The notes under the pieces are model-generated. The model was not told the origin of the DNA and ran no database searches. It saw nothing but the letters and a program-made list of their open reading frames with translations. 64,000 nt of DNA from Eledone cirrhosa (lineage: Eukaryota). Positions 43,851 to 57,859 of this stretch are shown one piece after another (the first letter of the stretch is position 1; every line of letters begins with the position of its first letter). The stretch spans positions 123,256,001 to 123,320,000 of the forward strand of contig OZ024743.1 in the NCBI GenBank assembly GCA_964016885.1, in the 5' to 3' direction. A program made the translations under genes and the position numbers.

Positions 43851-44551
43851 GTTCACACTTTTGACGCTTTTGACACAAGGCTAGCAAATATCCAGAGCAT
43901 TACTGGTACTTTATTTTATCGACCCCATATGGATGAAAATAAGCGCTAGAACCGGTTGCTCCGAAACTTATGTCCATTGAGCTTTTTCAGAACAGCGAAT
44001 TCAAGATGTTTTTATTTCGATTTATTTTTTATATACTGTTTCTAGTTATAAGTAATATAATTAATATTTTTATATTCTGATTGTTTTTGTATCTGTCAAA
44101 GTTATTGTATTATATGATTATATTGATTTCTGTAATATTCTTGTATAAGGGAGCTCTGGGACAGATTTTTTTAGAATCTAACTTCCATTGTGTTTTTACA
44201 GAACAACGAAATCAAAACGTTTTTATTTCGATTTATTATCTATCTATATCAGATGGTTTTAGTTTAAATACCACTGAGTGAATGGCTAAGTGAAACGAAG
44301 AATTGAACAGTTGATTATAGGTTAAAATAAAACATAACTTTAGTATCCTGGAAAAATCACTGAAGATTATATGTATCTAGTACACCCTCGGTAAGTCAGT
44401 TTGACGAAGTTTCCTTCACTCTTGACATAATTGAACCCTTCACTGCCTCCTAAGTAATGATATAAAAAAATAATGAGCTGATAGAAATAACTCCGATCGC
44501 ATGAATTTCGACGAATATTTTAACGATCTATGCAAATATTTCCCAATTAAA
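42737..44551. repeat. 1.8-kb spacerless palindrome with ~905-bp arms centred at 43641/43642
   Basis: Each arm has ~700 bp of sequence including a SINE fragment, then (TA)n, then ~145 nt matching the PLE terminus at 51384-51550. The arms differ by scattered substitutions. Confidence 0.92.
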
Positions 44552-45981
44552 TTGGTCTTACTTGAAGGAAGGAATCAAACTCTTAGCGGTAATTGGTAGC
44601 AACTCTAAAATTTATTAGAAACTAATTTTACAAAATTAATTTACATGCTCATTTTTAAACCTAATCTCTCTTAGCAATTTAACAACTCTCTTTCTATGAA
44701 TATAAATTACTATCAACTTATCTAAGTAAATTTCATTAGGTTCTGTTATATATAAGCATGTCCATAGCTGTTCACTTTTCTGCAAACAACAATAAAATTG
44801 TTCTTGCTAGTGTGTACATTAATTTTGCGAGATTAATTTTAATTAATTTCGAAAAATAAATAATTATTAATTTCCCGAAGTTATCTCCCCTTATCGTTTG
44901 CATTTCAAGGACTATCAATTACTATGTTAGTGTTTTTGCTGTTGTTACTTTTATTTTTCAACGAAATAGGAATTTTCAATTATCTGAGAATTTTTTGATT
45001 ACGTCTTTCTTCGGTTAAATTATGTATTAAAACACTTACTAATTCTACCAGACTACAACTGTATGCAGTTATTTATAATATATGAATTAGTTGTTGGATA
45101 CATATCTGACGATGATACGAACTACTGATATTTCTGATGGATACCTTTTACCCTGTCTAGAGATTTTTTCAATTGTACTTTTGTCTTTTACTTTTACTTA
45201 GTTTTAGTTATTGGTCAGCGGCCATACTGGGACGCCATCTTTAATGTTGTTTTAATAATTATATAAACTACAGCACTTTGTCTTGCATAATCGCCCACGT
45301 AAGATAAACATATGTCAAGTGGGCATTGGCATGAGAGGAGCTAACCAATTACACATGAGTACATATAGTTAACCGTTTAATTCCTCATATTAATGTTAAC
45401 TTACAGACATACAGTTATATACCATATATACTCATGTAAAACTCGACCTCTTGTAACCGTTGACTCCTTTTTTGCCAAATTTTGGATTTATCCTTGTATC
45501 TAATGTAAAAGTCGAGCCTATATTTTCACGGATAAGCTTTATGACACAATGTATTATCCTCGCATAAATGTTACGATGAGCAAATTCATTTTTCTACATT
45601 ACGTTCAGATGTACGCATCAAAACACTAAATACTTTACTGAGAAGCCTATTACGATTTCAAAATCTGTGCGATTTTATTGACTACCTACAGGTGAAAGGC
45701 AAAATCAACCATGTCATGATTTGAATCCATAATGTAGAAAAAGGGTCATGATTTAAATCCTTTAGTCTGGCGCTCTACTGTTTCTACGGCATACCAAAAT
45801 ATTTCTTAGAACCCGCTAAATATTTGACAAGAATATCTAACAAGTATCTACAAAGTAATTGCGAACATATCTAACAACATACTAGGGTAAAAGCAACAAC
45901 TCCGAAACAACAAATGAATAACTCGCCGTATGAAATTATCATAATATTCAACATTGGGAAGTAAAAAAACATACCCTAGAC

Positions 45982-46236
45982 CAGTTATGGGCAACCTGCG
46001 GACCGCAAATCTTTCTGAATAGCTCGCCTAAGTCATCTAAATCCTTCTGATTTTTTTACCTCAACTTTTCAGTCGTAATTTATCTTTCTATCATTTTTAC
46101 GATCGAGGAAAACAACGTGTACGAATTCTGAAGAAACAAATCAAAGCATCCTGAGTTAACGCTCGTTTTTTAAATGCGGGCACGAATGTAAATTAGCGCT
46201 TGCGGCCCGCTTCTCGAAAAAGGTTGCCCATGCCTG
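45982..46236. mobile_element. hAT (Charlie-like) MITE
   Basis: TIRs CAGTTATGGGCAACCT / AGGTTGCCCATGCCTG, TGCGG(A/C)CCGC subterminal motifs, and a degenerate 8-bp TSD CCCTAGAC / CTCTAAAC. Confidence 0.8.
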
Positions 46237-48429
46237 CTCTAAACACTATAGTCCAACATGTATAAAAATCTTGATCCATTTTATTGTAAACGACAATATA
46301 TGACTAAAAAACAACAAAATCCTAGAAGATCATATAGGATATTGGAATGATACAAATGAACGAATATATCAACAACCGAGCAACTAATGTTTCCCACTCT
46401 TTGACTTTAAAAACATTAACCATGAATAAATTAAAATTCTGATGCGTCAAGCATGCCATGAGTAAACAGAGGTTCATTGTACAAATTCAAACACAAGACA
46501 GAATCGTATAAACGAAATTAACACCCATCAAAAAAGAAATATTTCAAAAGGAGTCTTTCTCTCCATTCTTCTGCCAGGCGCTAAAACGTTTGACCAACGT
46601 AATAAAATAGACCGGATACAAATGCAGTTTGTATGAGAACCAATTTTGTTATATACGGATAGCCTGATGTATACTATACATGGCAAACAGCTGGGAATCC
46701 TGCTGCATATGGTGCATGGATTCAGTAGAGGAATCGACATGTAATTCGATTTGAAGTATACAGCAATACCAAAATAAAGAGAGAGAGAAACTAATAAATT
46801 AAAACTTTAATACCATGTTAGATAAAGTAATAGAGATACGAGAATTAGATCAAGACAGATATATAACTAGCTAGACATTGAAGAAACTGATACTGTACAA
46901 CACATACAAATGATATAAAAGTTAGGAATTAGTATCATAAACGCATTAGATTTATACTTAGAATCCTAAATATTAGATATGAGGTAACAATATTCTAGCA
47001 ATTTTATTAATATAGTTACAGTAATAAATTTATATTCCGAATTTGAAATTAAGTGAGTTAGCAAGAGGAGATAGGAGAACTCGGAAAATAATCACAGAAT
47101 TTCGAGTGCCAACACAGAAGAATTATAGTTATACTGATCACAACAAAGTAGGCGTCAAGAAAAAAAAATATATATATAAATAGCTACATAGCATGGATAA
47201 TAAGAAAACCTGTTCCCCGTCTTCACCTGAAGGGCTAGTAAAACAATATTATAAAATATAAAAATCCCAAAATGGACTAAATAGAGAATTGGATAAAATA
47301 ATCATAATAACATGTACCACAGAAGCCTCCAAATTGCTATTAATCGGCTAGACGGAGTAAAGGAAAATTGGAAAAATGTTATTCGAACCGTTCAAATATG
47401 GACCAATGTGTAGCAGAGCACGAAAGAGGGATAAAATAATTACATATTTATTATTACTAGTGTGTACTGTAGAATGAAATAAGAGAGACAAGCTGGTATG
47501 AAGATATGGTTCCCACCATTTTGAGTTCAAATCATGCCACGAAACCTAAAAATCAATTCTTTCAGGGAGAGTGTGGTTTACATATTGGATCCAAGATGTT
47601 TACCTAATATACCATTTATTACATTGCTGCTGCTGAATGATATTCTGACGAAGGCTTCTAATGCCATATGGTGGGCTCTTACATTACCAAAAGATGGAAA
47701 TATGGGTAATAATAATGATAAGAATGTCATATTGCTGACTCTTATATTACTAACGTCAACTCACACCGGAAAAGATTTTATTATACTTCAACAAACCAAC
47801 AACGCTCATAATAAATGTGTACGGAGTTGCCTCATGACATACCATTGTCGAAATAGACATATGGAATGTAGATTACCAATGACCGAAAAGAAATGGTGAG
47901 AAATTACATAAAAATGTGAAATAATTAAATATAAGGTTTAATGTAGCGAACAAAATTTCAAATTCGTAGCCTCTAGACTGAGAATAATTTAAACATATGA
48001 TGGAAATCAACAGAAAGGATGTCATATGTCTTCCTATTTGGAGACCAGCATCTAAATTATAATGAGTTTTTCTCACAGCATGACACAAATAAATCTTTAC
48101 CTACTTCGTCTAATTCTTCTATTAAACATGTATCTTGAGGAAATCTGTTTAAAAATCGTATGCATTCGGCGGATATCAAGATATATTCTAACAAGAATGT
48201 ATATCGTTCACTTTCGCAATGAAGAGAATAAAAGTAAACTTGATATATTTCATAGACATGATAGAGCTTATAAAGAGAGGACTATCATAACATAACCTAA
48301 ATAATTACGTGCGCACACATGCAAACATACACTCTGACTTCTTTCCATAATCCCATACATGACTACAAGCACAAACACATACACACACACACATACATAC
48401 ACACATACACACATATATATATATATACA

Positions 48430-48494
<65 letters not shown>

Positions 48495-48776
48495 CCAACT
48501 AGTCCCATGAGAAAAAATGTGTCGACCACACCCGAGGATGAAACAAAAGGTCTCTTTCAAAAGTTCATTTCAGAATTTGTTATGAATCTCAACCTTTGAG
48601 AGCTTTATGTGTATGTGTATTTATGTATAATCCTCCGTTGTTGTATTTGTGACTTGGATTATGTGGCTTTTGTTAAATGTATGACTATATTTTTGTTAAC
48701 ATTCTTTGATGTAATTCTATTATATATATCATCATCATTTAATGTCCGCTTTCCCTGCTAATAAGTTGGACGGATC

Positions 48777-48876
48777 TAGCCCCACTTCAGTACTGACTTG
48801 GTCTATACCAAGTCAGTACTGAAGTGGGGCTATGCAGACTCCATCGGCGTGTCTGAACACGCCGATGGAGTCTGCA
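48777..48876. repeat. Two abutting perfect hairpins (26 bp and 20 bp stems, 4-nt loops)
   Basis: TAGCCCCACTTCAGTACTGACTTGGT-ctat-reverse complement, then TGCAGACTCCATCGGCGTGT-ctga-reverse complement. Confidence 0.9.
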
Positions 48877-51113
48877 TCCTGCTTACGTACGAGTGAAGGG
48901 AAGTAGCGTCTTTTTAAAGTGGTAAGGACATGTTGAAAATACTTCTGTTTTGAAATATACAGGAAGCTCTATTGTTGACGGTGATATCAGTGGATTAATA
49001 AAGGCTGTTTTACACGGTCAATAATACAGTAGCCACTCACGCATTTTAAAGTATTCTAAAAAAGCAATTAAACAAAATTATACTGTGCATGCACTCAGGA
49101 ACCGTACCCAAACTCGACGCATCAAATAACATTTGGCAAACCAACCATATCACAATTTAGACAATATTCAAATATTTAACCTGTACGTGATGTGGTTTCT
49201 ACATTTGTCAATCAGCGATCGAAGTTGTATTTGTGTTATCTCTAAAAGCATAAAAAGCAAAATTGACGCCGCTGGAATTTTGATTTTGCGTTGTATTGAA
49301 GTAAATTATCTGAAACATTTAATCTGATATTCTTCAGGTTTTTACCTTCCTGTTCATGTACATGAGTGCACGAGAGTGACTGCCCGTCTGTCTGTCTGTC
49401 TTATGAGTTATTTCTTTTTGCTTGATATGTCAAACATTTATATAGCTAAACAAATAACAAAACAAACAAAAAATTAAAATGTTCATGCTTTCTCTACTCA
49501 TTGCTGTGAATCAACTTCCTTTGAGATTTAAAATAATAAAAGTACGTTCTTAAGTGTTGAATGTTCCTTTATATTCACGAAAATACATTCAAATTTATAT
49601 GAGTTAAATTATTCTTATTGGTGCTGCTATAAAATAAAGCACCAATAATGCACTAAGGTCGATTTAATTGATTTCCACCCACCAAAATCGTTGGCCTTGC
49701 GCCTAAATTAGAAACCATTATAGGTGCTGGTATTACTTTTATATTCTATCTTTGAAGATTGTTGAATATTTCATTTTTCATTTGCATGGCTACACTTCTG
49801 GCAATAAATTACATTGATTCTTTGCAAGTCTTGTATGAAATGCAATTAAGGGTAAGGACATACTTTTTCTACCAGAACATAACGAGTCACATGTGTCAAC
49901 TGTTTTTGTAGGGAGTCAGTAACAGGTATTTTCTGTTGCTTTCTTTTTAAACATGTGAAAATGTACACAAATCAAATAAAATGTTTCAAGTTGTTACAAC
50001 TGACCGCTGTAAACTAATTTGTTGGTTTGGTTGTATGTGTACTTTGAAAGAAACCATCAATATTCATGAGAAATGAGGATGCTGAAAGGATTCTAATAAG
50101 CTAATTGTATTTATTATCAAATACAATTGTATTTATTTATTTCCTTCAAATGATGCAAAGAAGAATTGTTAAGATATGTTCTTCATATAAGAAAGAAGGT
50201 GGAATACAAAGGTGTGCCAGATTTGCTTGTGAGGAAATCTGAAAAGAGAGCTATTCATATCAAAACTGAGTAAATTCCATCTCCTTGGTGATCATGAGCT
50301 TGTCAATTAGCGTAAAAACAAATTATCTTACATACACTTAAGCTGACAACCTCACATTCCACGAGGTTTTCTGTTAAGATGTTATTGGAATTTGAAATAA
50401 CAAACTCAATGGCTATGGGAATATTAGCAGGAGATATTATAATAGTGTGAGTCGCATGTTATGTAACTGAGGATTTGTTTTCGGTCAGGAAAGTTAGTCC
50501 AGTAATCTGTGGAACCAATCAAGAGCTAAAGAAATAAATTTGCTTATCTTTTAAAACAAAAATGATAAGTCTTGTATCTCTCAATTGATGAAAGAGAGAA
50601 AATGAGGGTTACATAATATGTGTGTGAGTGTGTGTGTGTGTAACCATTAACATATATAAATAGATATATATATATATATAAACAAGCAGCCTACAGCATT
50701 TTATTAAATATATATATATCTAGGGAGTGTAACTTAGAGTTACTGTAGGTTCACCCGGGTGAGCACTCGATGTTTAGGTTCACTTCTGTGTCGAGGTGTA
50801 GAGCTATACAGAGTGTATTATATTGAAAGGATAGCAAGGACGATTGGTTACTCCTTCATTACATTTATTGGTAGGTGACGCGCGTTTCGCTACTGATCAG
50901 CTCAAGGTTCGATCTGTATCTATCTTACACGACTCGATAATCCGCTGCTCGATGGACCCCTTAAAATTCTAGTAAAAAATGAATACATGCTATATGATAA
51001 AGTCAGAAGGTCATATGTTGGCCAATAAGGCTTGTTTTGATGGGTGGAATAGATCATAGGGATCTTTTCGCCTGTAGTGTATGTGGGGGTGGATGTGATG
51101 ATATATATATATA

Positions 51114-51277
<164 letters not shown>

Positions 51278-51352
51278 TATATATATATATATATACATAC
51301 ATATATGTGTGTGTGTATATATATATGTATATATATATATATACATACACAC

Positions 51353-51383
<31 letters not shown>

Positions 51384-51384
<1 letters not shown>

Positions 51385-52356
51385 TTCGTTTCTGAATTTG
51401 TTTAGCAAGATTCTTTATCTGAAATCGTGTGTTGAAACCGATATTGTTATACTTTGGGAGGGTCATGTTGCCAATAAGAAACACACGCACCAGTTGCTTT
51501 CACTTCAATTTAATTTATTATATATTTATAAATTTACAAATTTATAAATTTCTGGTTGGTTGGTTGGTTCCACAACCAGATAGTTGTTTATATATATATA
51601 GTCATAGTTCTTTCGTCACACACTCTGTGACCTCTTCAGTGACTGGGGATTTCTTTCTTCGTTTCTGTGCCTTTCCTTTCTTCTATCCTACGCCATTTTG
51701 TTTGTGTGTGGGTTGCGTGCTCAGTTTGCGCATGCGCCACATCCGGGTGTCTGTGTGTGTTTGTGTTCATTTTTCTATTTTTCTATTTATATTTTTCTAT
51801 TTGTTTGTTTATTTATTTATTTATTTATTTATTGTTGGTTGGTTGTTTGTTCTATGTGTGTGTGTGTTTTCATTTTGTCTTGTGTGTGTTTTCATTTTGT
51901 GTGTGTTTTCAATTGTAAGTTGTTTGTTCTATGTGTGTGTGTGTTTTCATTTTGTCCTTAATTGTAAGTTGTGATGTTGCTGTTCCACTCATATTTTCTA
52001 TTTAATTTTGGTTTTAATTCTTTTATGCTTACTGCCTCTGTAATTTGCCTAAACATTGCGTCTTTCTTGTGTGTGGATTCTATTTTTATTTCTATGCTCT
52101 CTAATTTACCCCTGTGTTCTATCTTAGCATGTTGGTAGAGCACAGATGATTCTTTATTATCTTGGAGGTCTCGCCAGTGTTCATTTATTCGTTCCCCTAT
52201 ACTACGAGCTGTCTCACCTATGTACACTATATTTTTGTTTCTAGATTGTCCTTCAGTACATCTTATGCTATATACTACATTTCTAGTTTTACAGTTAATA
52301 TGGGGGCTTATTTTACAGGTTATACATTTCTTATCTGCTACACCGTCTTTTTCGTT
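51384..52356 (-). mobile_element. 5'-truncated PLE: GIY-YIG endonuclease (frame open 52356-51958) and 3' region
   Basis: CITC..NCKTRNVVYSIRC..VYIGETARSIGERINEH..HAKIEH..RQITEAV..KPKLN. It ends at (TA)n. Confidence 0.9.
51600..51644 (-). ncRNA. Minimal type I hammerhead ribozyme
   Basis: AGTCA-CTGAAGA-g GTCACA gagtg TGTGAC-GAAA-gaac-TA-TGACT. Confidence 0.75.
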
Positions 52357-52769
52357 CTATGTATCTTTACCCTTTCTAGCAGTCTCTCTCTCTGTTAGCC
52401 TCTTCCTCACTCTTCACTCACTCATTCTCTGTCACTACCTCTCCTCCTCCTCTTTCTTCCCGTTTGACCTGTGAGTAATTCTTTTCTCTCACATTCTCGG
52501 CCAAGCTGGTCGGAATTTTTTCTCTCTCGTCTACGATTTCACAGAACTTATGTTTACCGAATTCGCAAACCAGACCCCTTCTTCCTCCCGTTAGACCTGT
52601 GCGAAATTCCTTCCTTGCTCACATTTCAACCAGGTTTGATGGTCTTTATTCTCTCGTTCACGATTTCACCGAACTTAAATTCATAGAAATCTGGGACTTG
52701 TCTCTTTCTTCCTCACTTTCTGTTGCTTCACCATTTTGTTTGTTTACCCTCGGGTCCCCTTTATTTACG

Positions 52770-52873
52770 TGTCCCAACGACTTTTTTTAGCCGTTGCTCG
52801 CACCAACCGGAGGTATATGGTCTTTAAAGCGATGAAATGCCTATGATGGTTGGAAGATCACAGATGAAGGACA
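52770..52873 (+). ncRNA. Candidate rearranged hammerhead, copy 3 (U4A core mutation)
   Basis: TGTCC-CAACGACT/AGCCGTTG-c-TCGC-a-CCAACC-gg-AGGTA-TA-TGGTCT-ttaaa-GCGAt-GAAA-TGCCT-atgat-GGTTGG-a-AGATCA-CAGATGA-a-GGACA. Confidence 0.6.
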
Positions 52874-52879
52874 AACTTT

Positions 52880-52941
<62 letters not shown>

Positions 52942-53876
52942 TCACATCATATGAATGTATATCGTCTCATATATCATCACATTATATGAATGTATGTATA
53001 GTATGTTTGGGAATATACTGTATGTTTAATTAAAAACAGTTTGAATACCATTCGCTATGAGTTTTAAAGAAGTGACTATGTCACTTACTTATTCTCGGCA
53101 AAAACAACGGAGATTGAGCCTCAGGCTATCTGTTTCTCGCTTGTTAGCGTTTAGCAAAACCACACACTCCCTTGCATTTACCGAAACATACAGTACATTG
53201 AAACCATTTCTATATTAAACATTTATACTCTGCTATGTATTGAGTACCTTATTTACTCTGGCAACCCCTGATTGAGCCCGGGATACACAAACACACATAA
53301 ATACACACACACACACATACACACACACATATATATATATATGTATATATGCATGCATTGGTGTATATCTGTGTGTGTTCCAGTTGTTCGAATAATGGGA
53401 CAGCTTGTTCATGCCGTTAGGGTGCAAGTGACTGACCTATTCAGAGACATGTGCATTAGTGCACCAGTAAGGTATTTTTCTGGGATATTCCATGTGAGAT
53501 AGTGTGTGACAAGGCTGACATTTTGTTTTGCATATAGAACGCAATTTCGTCGGCTGAGTGGACTGAAACCATATGCAATAAAGTGTCTTGTTCAAGGAAG
53601 CAACTCATCCTTTCCACCCCCCCTCCCTAAATAAAATATTTTTTCCTCGCACATATCCTCCCTTCGTTAATTTTCAAAATTTTTAATTTATACAGTATCT
53701 TCCAACGGTTTTCAACCTCTCTATGTAAAAAAATATATCTCCTCTCAGTTATAAAAACTATCTCTTTCTCTCTATCACCCATCTCTCCCTCTCATCTCCT
53801 TCCCTTTTCATCCTCCCCCCCCTCTCTAAATAAAATATTTTTCCCAATATCACACATCAATCTAAAACCACTTTTC

Positions 53877-54132
53877 ATATGTTGATTTAAAACTGCACTA
53901 TCCACAAGTGTTTTTTAGCCTTCATATCATGTTCTCCTGTTTTATCTGATGAAAACACAAATATTATTGCTTGATGATGTTTGTTTTTGAAATGCGCATA
54001 ATAAAATATATGGAACTCCTTTAACCATCTTTTGATCTTATATTATGCATACTCCAGTCCCACAAACTGTAGAGTGCTTCTTATCCGATATCTGCATTGC
54101 TTTATTGTACTACAATAAAACTCACCTCCTAC
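53877..54132 (+). mobile_element. PLE-type end, family B, with an intact minimal hammerhead (53938-54008)
   Basis: TGTTTTAT-CTGATGA-stem II-GAAA-TGCGCA-TA-ATAAAATA. It ends CTCACCTCCTAC-(AT)n. Confidence 0.85.
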
Positions 54133-54978
54133 ATATATATATATATATATATATATACGTATATATATATGTATGAGTGTGTATGTGTGTGAGTGAAAGT
54201 ACATGGATACATAAATGTGCAGAGTACAGATATGTTTTCATCTATCTATTTGTGTTTTTATTCAGGTATGAATATGTGAAGATATTACACATAACTGCTC
54301 CACAGAAATCAATTAAAATGCAGTCACATTTGAAATGATAGTTTTAATAACAATATTAGAAGGAATGGTTTAATAACAATATTAGAAATTCGTTCAATTC
54401 TGTAGTCACTTCTCTCTAGGGACAGCTGGGTTGTTTTATCATCCATCGTTTTTCTTCTCTTCTCTCCTCTCCCTAGCCTCTCCCTCTCCCTCACAAGCCT
54501 CCACACCCAGACACACTCTCTCTCTCTCTCCCTCTCTCTCTCCCTCTCTCTGTTTCTCTCACACACTCTCTCTCTCTCTCTGTTTCTCTCTCTTTTTCAC
54601 GATCATCATTGTCTGTGTTAGTTGTCGAAATTATTTGATTTCAATCTTTAATAGATTCAGTCGTAAAAGAGAAGTAGTTTTGCAGAATAGTTTTAATTAT
54701 CCTTTATCCTATACCAATAACATTTCGGCAATACCATTTGGTAATAGAATTTTATTGCAAACCAATGATGGAGATGAATGTGTTTCAATGGTTTACTACG
54801 CAGTATGTTTTTAATGATACATACTAGTCTTGTTTCATTCGTCTTTCTCTGTCTCTCCTTCCCTCCATCACTTCAGCTCTTTCCTCCCCTCTCTCTCTCT
54901 CCCTCTCTCTCTCTCTCTCTACATATACCTGTGCACACAACCACACATACACACAAATGCATGCGTGTATGTATATAT

Positions 54979-55037
<59 letters not shown>

Positions 55038-55214
55038 GGTTTTTCGTTTGACAAATAACAGAAAGAATACTAAATATATATTGTAAAGAATAATTATTTG
55101 CACCAAGCTAGTGCAATCCTTTAAGCGAATAGTAAAAATGAATACGTCGGCTGTGCTAGAAACTTTGAGTATTGGTAGATTGAATTAGTAAATCAACTGC
55201 ATCATATGCACATC

Positions 55215-55272
<58 letters not shown>

Positions 55273-55608
55273 GATAAATCTACCAAGAGTTTACGGTAGT
55301 GTCCAATCCGTATGAAGAACTCAATGTAATCCGGATATCATGGAAAGAAGAGATGCATTCAAAAATCACTTTCGGTGAAAGATAAACGGAATACAGAGTC
55401 AAGTTATTTCTGAAGACGGCATATGTATGTGTTGGTATGTATATTAAATTTGATAGTTTGTATAATTTTGTATAATTTTGTACATAGATCTGTTGAATAT
55501 GCATGCTAATTCTAACACATATATGTCCTAGAAACGATCGTTAAATAATGAACTTTTTTTGTTTAATATAAGGAACTGTTTCATTGTTTTATTTATTATT
55601 TTTTTAAT

Positions 55609-55667
<59 letters not shown>

Positions 55668-56399
55668 CATCACCAGAGGGGGTTAGCCCCGGTCTTTGCA
55701 TAGCTACGGCTTTCTAAAACATTCTGTGACCTCCTCAGTGGCTGGTTTCTTATTCTGTGTGTCTGCTTCGTTCTGTCCTACACCATCTTTTTTGTACAAG
55801 AGAGGGCTGTATGTATTGAAGTCGTTAAAATAGTAAAAAAAAAGGTATGTATATTCTGGTTTTAATTTTAAAAACATTATCTCCATTACAGGCAGTTATA
55901 ACATGCAAACCCAAGAATTTGTCTTACTTATTTTTACATTAATGGAGTGTACATGTACTTTCCTAATTAACGGTGCTCTTTCTACTTTCGTGAGTATGCA
56001 TGTATGTATATATGTATGCATTATGTATGTATGTATGTATGTTTGTATGTATGTATGTATGCATTTATGTATGTATGTGTGCATGTATGTAAGTATGCAT
56101 GTAGGTGCCTTTGAAGTATACATATTTTCATATATAAATATCAGTCTAATTGTCTGTTTTTCATGACTATTTTAATTAATTTAGGTGGTAGCTACACCAC
56201 GCTGCCCAGTGTAGCAACACCTCCTTGCCCACGGTTTAAAAGTTTACTCTTCTAGAATCAATCATCTCAACTGACTAGCTCTAACTTGACCAGTTCTATG
56301 CTAACTGTTCTGGCAGATCGTGTTTCACTCACCCCCTATTAGAAAAAAACTAGACGGGTAACTGAATATAAGCTCTTAAGCGTGTCCCTCCACGCTTAA

Positions 56400-57050
56400 G
56401 ACGTTATTAAACAACCAAAACGGTCCTAAGTTCCGATATGCTTTACTCATATAGTTCAGTTAAAGAAGATGGTATACGCGTAGATTAAATCACCACCACT
56501 TTCGAGTTAGACGGATTTTGCCCATCACCATAATTCCTAGTGAAACATGTCTCCATGCAGCACGCAGCCTACAAACACTCTCGCTCCACAAACTGAAACC
56601 GATTCATTTGATAGCTTGCCAAACATGTGATCTTTTATTTTCTCAATCGTGATCGTTCTATATACAATATTCCCGCGGAGAAATCACCGACATTTGCTGT
56701 CCGCCATGCATCTAACTCCACACCCCACACACTAGGTAAATCGTATCACAAACTATCCCTTTCCACACTCGCCCAGGCTAAAAATAGACACTTAAACACC
56801 TCTAATCCACCAGTAAAATACACTAATCCTAATAATATCCTTTCCATTACTCTCAAAGAATACACAGAAGAGCTAGCTTTTATCCTCATAAATCTTCCCC
56901 TCCCTCCCTCTCTTTTTCAGGGACATATCTTGACCTTTTGAAGCATACGATAAAATGTTCCATTCCCCTCACTAACCTATATGCCTACTTCTTTCAGTCG
57001 AAAACGAGAAATTGTGCTATATTAACATACATTCCAAACGTTCCTAAGAA
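56400..57050 (+). pseudogene. Highly decayed CR1/L2/Jockey-type LINE RT N-terminal fragment
   Basis: NPNNILSITLKEYTEELAFIL resembles GPDxIxxxxLKECAxELAPxL. Boundaries are approximate. Confidence 0.4.
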
Positions 57051-57859
57051 TCCTTAAATTGTTTGTTAATAAGATTAGTGCATAACTAACTTATCCACTG
57101 ACGAAGAATCCGTTCATCATGATACCCGATCTTGTTGTAATGGTACATTAAAAAGACATTGACTTCAAGGATAACATATGTTATAGAGCGTGCAACACAA
57201 ACATTCATGAAAGTAAAAATCGGAAATAACATACCACATGGAATAGTCCTCAATATAGTTCAAATACTCGTTCCAGGATTTTGTAAAGCCTTATAATAAA
57301 ACCCTTAATATAAAAAGCGTTACCGAACGAGCTACATTTACCCAAAGATCTTCGCTGCCAATTTCAAATGAAAATTAATTTCCACCACGGATACGCAATA
57401 ATCCAAATTAAAGCTCTGTCAAATGTTTGTCTCCTTCTAGAGAGGTCATCTAACGAGAAAAATTCTCCCTTACAAACAATAGCGAAACTAACCCTATATA
57501 TAGAATAAAGAGAATATCTTTTAAATGATTCTTTCAACATATGAAAACATTAAGGCACATAGAAAGATACATCGCCAGTTCATAATCCATATGAATATAT
57601 TTGGAGCTTAAAATATGATGATAATAAAGATTATAACATCGATTGATGTATTATATAACAAGTGTCCTTCACATTAATGAATATAGAAGGGTGGTCATTG
57701 TCATTTGGAAAAGAATAAAATCCTATTACAGTCTATGGCAACTTTGAACAAATGATCAGAACGGATGGCTTGTGCAAACATGTCCATTGATATTTATTGA
57801 AGAATTTTCAACTATTAACTGATTAAAAAGATTGCAGCTCCATGAAACGATGACTATAT

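Noticed and set aside
48890-50560. Faint transposase-like peptide traces
   Set aside because: Too degenerate to assign without a profile search.
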